Assembly: GCA_977016875.1 (NCBI GenBank)
Contig: CDRNST010000011.1
Span: forward strand, 1,798,001-1,862,000
Reading direction: 5' to 3'
Source of the DNA: Pavona decussata
Lineage: Eukaryota
DNA: 64,000 bases
Position 1 is the first letter of the stretch; each line of letters begins with the position of its first letter. Position numbers and translations under genes: made by a program. This document shows, in pieces, positions 60,689 to 64,000 of this stretch. A model generated the notes under the pieces. That model did no database searches, was not told the origin of the DNA, and saw only the letters and a list, made by a program, of their open reading frames with translations.

Positions 60689-63600
60689 TCAGCGGTAACC
60701 ATATGGCAATGTTGTGAAACCGTGAATAACTCGTTTGTCATACACCAGTTTGTACCTCTTCTTTAAGTTAACTGTATGTATTGTTTTCGTTTTTGCATCT
60801 CGTTTGATGAAGTGTGGATTCTCCAGGAAGGTGGGCTGTTCATTAGGGTTGCAGACATGTGCACACATGGTTAAAAAATTCAATTTCTGTGATCCTCTGA
60901 AGTTTAGCGTGAATCCTCTCACTTTGCATGTAGTTTTACCATTCTTGGTTTGGTAGGCATAATTCTTTGGACCACCGGACACAAAGGTTGTGATGTAGTC
61001 ATCATCGTCCAGTTCATTCGTTAGCTCTCCAAGATAATCCCCAAGGGCTGGCATCCAATCATCTGGTTGGCTAGTGAAGATGACAGAATCTGTGTCAAAG
61101 TAAAGGACCCTTGTTTGTAGACGTTCAAGGACAGAATAGAGTTTGAGTCTTGCATGGGCTGTCGTGAAAGCAGCAATGACAACATTCGTCTTGTGTGATC
61201 CTGATACGAACCCTTCCCCATGCGTGTAGTAGACTTCTACGCACTCATCATTCACAAACTGAATGTTTTTCACTTGAGTTGACTGGCATGTGAGGAGTCG
61301 AAAGTAGCGTTCTGGATCCTTGACGAGCTCCACTTGAGGCATGTTGTCACGTTCACCAAATTTCCCCCCTTGAAAGAAGAATAACAACCATAATTAGTTT
61401 ATTGAAGCAAAGAAAAGTAATCAACATTATCATTTTGGAACTGTAAGAGATGATACTTACAAAACGAATTCAACATCAGCTTGGCCAATGAACGTAATCC
61501 AGGGTTCTTCTTAACCTTTCCATAGTCCAACTTGATGCCTTCTTTCCCTTCATAGTCTTCGATGTACTGTTGTTTTTGAGCTTCTGTTTCACACCAAGAA
61601 GGCCACCCACTCGCCTCTTGCTTGATTTTAAGGAAGGTATCGATGTATCCTGTAAAAAGCTCGGACGATTTCTGAGGGAAATGCCACACCTCTATCATTC
61701 TAACCACTCGGTATCCCAGCTCCAACGCTTTATCGATCTCAATGGAACACCAGGTTCCAGACAACATACGTTCTTCAACTGCATGTTCGCAGGCAGTCTG
61801 TTGTAGGCTCTCAGCACATGTTCTGCAGAGAGGGAACATCAGTTTTCCATTGGCACGGTAGGGCAACACAGGGTGGAACAGAAAGGTGGGTGGAAGGATG
61901 TCACACTTGATCAGCCCAAAGAACTCATGGGGTGAACGGTTCATTAAGGCTTCACTTGTTAAAATTTCAGGATGCTGGATCGGAATTTCGCAATACTTAC
62001 TTGTCCAGGGGTACAATGATGTAAAGTCCACGTAATGAATCTTCTCGTTCTCATTTACTTCCTTGTGGAGACAGATAGCATTTGTCCGTCCACCGAAAAA
62101 CGCATGCCGGGGCTCTAAGGGCGTGTCAAACTTGAGACTTTCAACAAATGATTTCATCTCTAGGTTGTTGGCTAGTTCTTGCTTGAATTCACATTCCCAT
62201 TTTACTTCTACTCGGAATCCAAGCTTCTTGAAACGCTCAACTTTTCGAATGGTACCTTCCAGGAGATCTTCCATACTTGTGTCGTTCACTGGGTTCACTG
62301 TGTCGGGTAGGTAACACTTACGACAACCATGCCACAGGCACCCCATGAATTCATAAATGATCTTCTTGGTGGGATCATAACCGTCAACATAGCTGTTATC
62401 GATCCGTTGTTCACCACCGTTCAGAGCATGCAGAATTCGGTCACCTGACTGATGGTGGATCCATGCCAACCACTGGAGGGCCATGACAGAATATTTTCGG
62501 GCGGGTTGGTAGCCCTGTGCAGGAATGAGACCAATGGTCTCTTTTTCTAGAAACTCTTGCCTGAACACACGGTTACAGGCACTTGCAATTGTAACACAGT
62601 ACTTGAATGGATCGAGGTTGCACGCTTCCTCCATTAACTGTTTAAACTGTAAACAACACCGTCTCAGAATGTCCACATCACTACGACAATATTCCTCGAT
62701 TTCTTTTTCAAAATCAAACACATATTCTGTGTTTCTCCGTTCTTCATACCACCTCAGGAATTCTTGACGCTCTTTCGTACTCATGCCATCTGGGTCGTAG
62801 TTTTCAATAGGCGGAAGAGGACCAACATACTGCTGATTTTCTTTGCGATTAAAAAAGTGAGGAAAGTAGCCTTTCTTAAGCTCTGTTAGGCCAAAGGTTT
62901 TTGGTAACGCTTTAAGTGGCATGGGGAGGAAATTGAGAGAGTCCCGGAACTTGATTTCAGCTTCTGTTAGTTCCATAGACATGATTTTTGCACCATTCAG
63001 GATCAGACTTGGAAGCAGGCATTGTTCGTAGAAATATTCACACAATAGATATCCATCGTACCCCCTTAGATTATGTGCAATGACGATAGCACCTTGGTGG
63101 GTTCCATCCAACAACCACGTGCCGAATTGGTCAACGCAATCATCCCCTTTAAAGACCATCTCAAACCCTGTTTCATCTTGCACGATGAGCAGATTGGCAA
63201 TATGTCTCCCCTCGTCTTGGCGTGATTCTATGTCAAAGAATAAATATTCCTGCTCTTCCTCTTCTTCTCTGTCTTCGTCTTCAACTTCATCGCTTATCAT
63301 CTCTTCAGAAATCCGTCTTCTCTTTGTTTGCCCTTTGTTCTTTTTCTTCCGCTTTGGCTGTGCTTCATTTCCTTCACCTGAATCTTCTTCTTCTTCTTGA
63401 TTGGCAATCGGTTTCATATAGCATCGGTGTGTATTTGGGTCTACAAACTCTTCACAATTCCAGCACATCTTTTCTCCACACATGTGATCTTCCGGCTTCC
63501 TTTTTTGATGCGACAAGACTTTGTTACATTTTTTACATTTGTAGAATTTTTGACAGACAGATTGGCCCTCTTTGTTGGGTCGGCAGTGGTTGGTATAACA

Positions 63601-64000
63601 TTCATCTCCAGCGAACATTCTGTGACAGGTTCCACACTCTCGCCAAGGTGCTTTCTGGGTAATCCCTTGACAACCATCTGTGAAGCAACATTTACATACT
63701 TTGTTGCAACGGTGTTTCGTTTTTGTATCGTAACCTTTCTTGCATTCCAAACACCAAAAGCCCCTTCCGAGAAAGCTAGAGACAGAGGTGATGACATCAA
63801 AGTGGTTTTCGTGGTGATATAGGTAAATTTGTTTTTCTCGGCGTGGTCCTTCGTAGACAATGGCGTTGAAATGTATGGCAGACAGAACGATGATTTGGTA
63901 GTCGTCAACCACTGCTTGGAATTTGGCCACTTCTGTTAACCCACAGAGACCCTCTGGGACACCAGCCTTTTGATGCAATCGTTGAGCGAGGAGCAGTTGC
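60689..64000 (-). CDS. Protein-primed family B DNA polymerase (pPolB); exons >64000-61461 and 61368-60689
   Basis: Exonuclease motifs FFDIE, AHNLRGYDG and YCRSDVDIL; polymerase motifs FFGGRT, YVDFTSLYP, KLMLNSF/WGKFG across a GT-AG intron, YFDTDS, PKNYAY and KVRGFTL; N-terminus lies beyond the window. Confidence 0.97.
61369..61460 (-). other. 92-nt GT-AG spliceosomal intron in pPolB
   Basis: Donor T|gtaagt, ctaat branch-like motif, ttcttctttcaag acceptor; removal restores TGG and the NSFWGKFG motif. Confidence 0.9.

Larger units (their letters stand above)
51516..64000 (-). mobile_element. Endogenous Polinton/Maverick (adintovirus-like) virus, truncated by the window end
   Basis: Complete core gene set (pPolB, integrase, mCP x2, MCP, adenain, ATPase), all ORFs open, AGTAGT terminus at 51516. 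Confidence 0.97.

Noticed and set aside
53246-63908. Plus-strand and alternate-frame ORFs within the viral genes
   Set aside because: Shadow ORFs with no motifs, overlapping well-supported genes
60689-63978. pPolB as a frameshifted pseudogene or two separate genes
   Set aside because: A canonical intron joins the two ORFs and restores the conserved motif exactly
51516-64000. Bacterial prophage or contaminant
   Set aside because: The spliceosomal intron, TATA and AATAAA signals, chromodomain integrase and contiguous animal-type flank all indicate a eukaryotic endogenous element

Overview
Eukaryotic (animal) genomic DNA, AT-rich, with spliced genes, SINEs and MITEs. The repeat content suggests an anthozoan or stony coral (inference). 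Left part (0.5-26 kb): a tandem array of an intronless ~537-aa multi-pass membrane protein family of unknown function. It has two intact copies, two frameshifted copies and one 5' fragment in A-B-(fragment)-A-B order. It also contains a ~3.4-kb 52-bp minisatellite whose single-copy ancestral unit is still visible in the paralogous segment, several MITEs and an N gap. Middle: a 7-exon INTS15/C7orf26 homolog on the minus strand with a GC-AG intron, an intronless BTB-BACK-Kelch gene and a possible divergent spliced gene. Right part (51516 to window end): an apparently intact endogenous Polinton/Maverick (adintovirus-like) virus with all genes on the minus strand. It encodes pPolB, a chromodomain DDE integrase, two tandem penton-like genes, a double-jelly-roll major capsid protein, an adenain protease, a packaging ATPase, basic core proteins and accessory ORFs. 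Its most notable features are a 92-nt spliceosomal intron splitting polymerase motif B (NSF/WGKFG), a putative Bcl-2-like ORF with a BH1-type HWGR motif, a GRF zinc-finger protein, operon-like stop/start coupling and Grainyhead-like sites next to TATA boxes.
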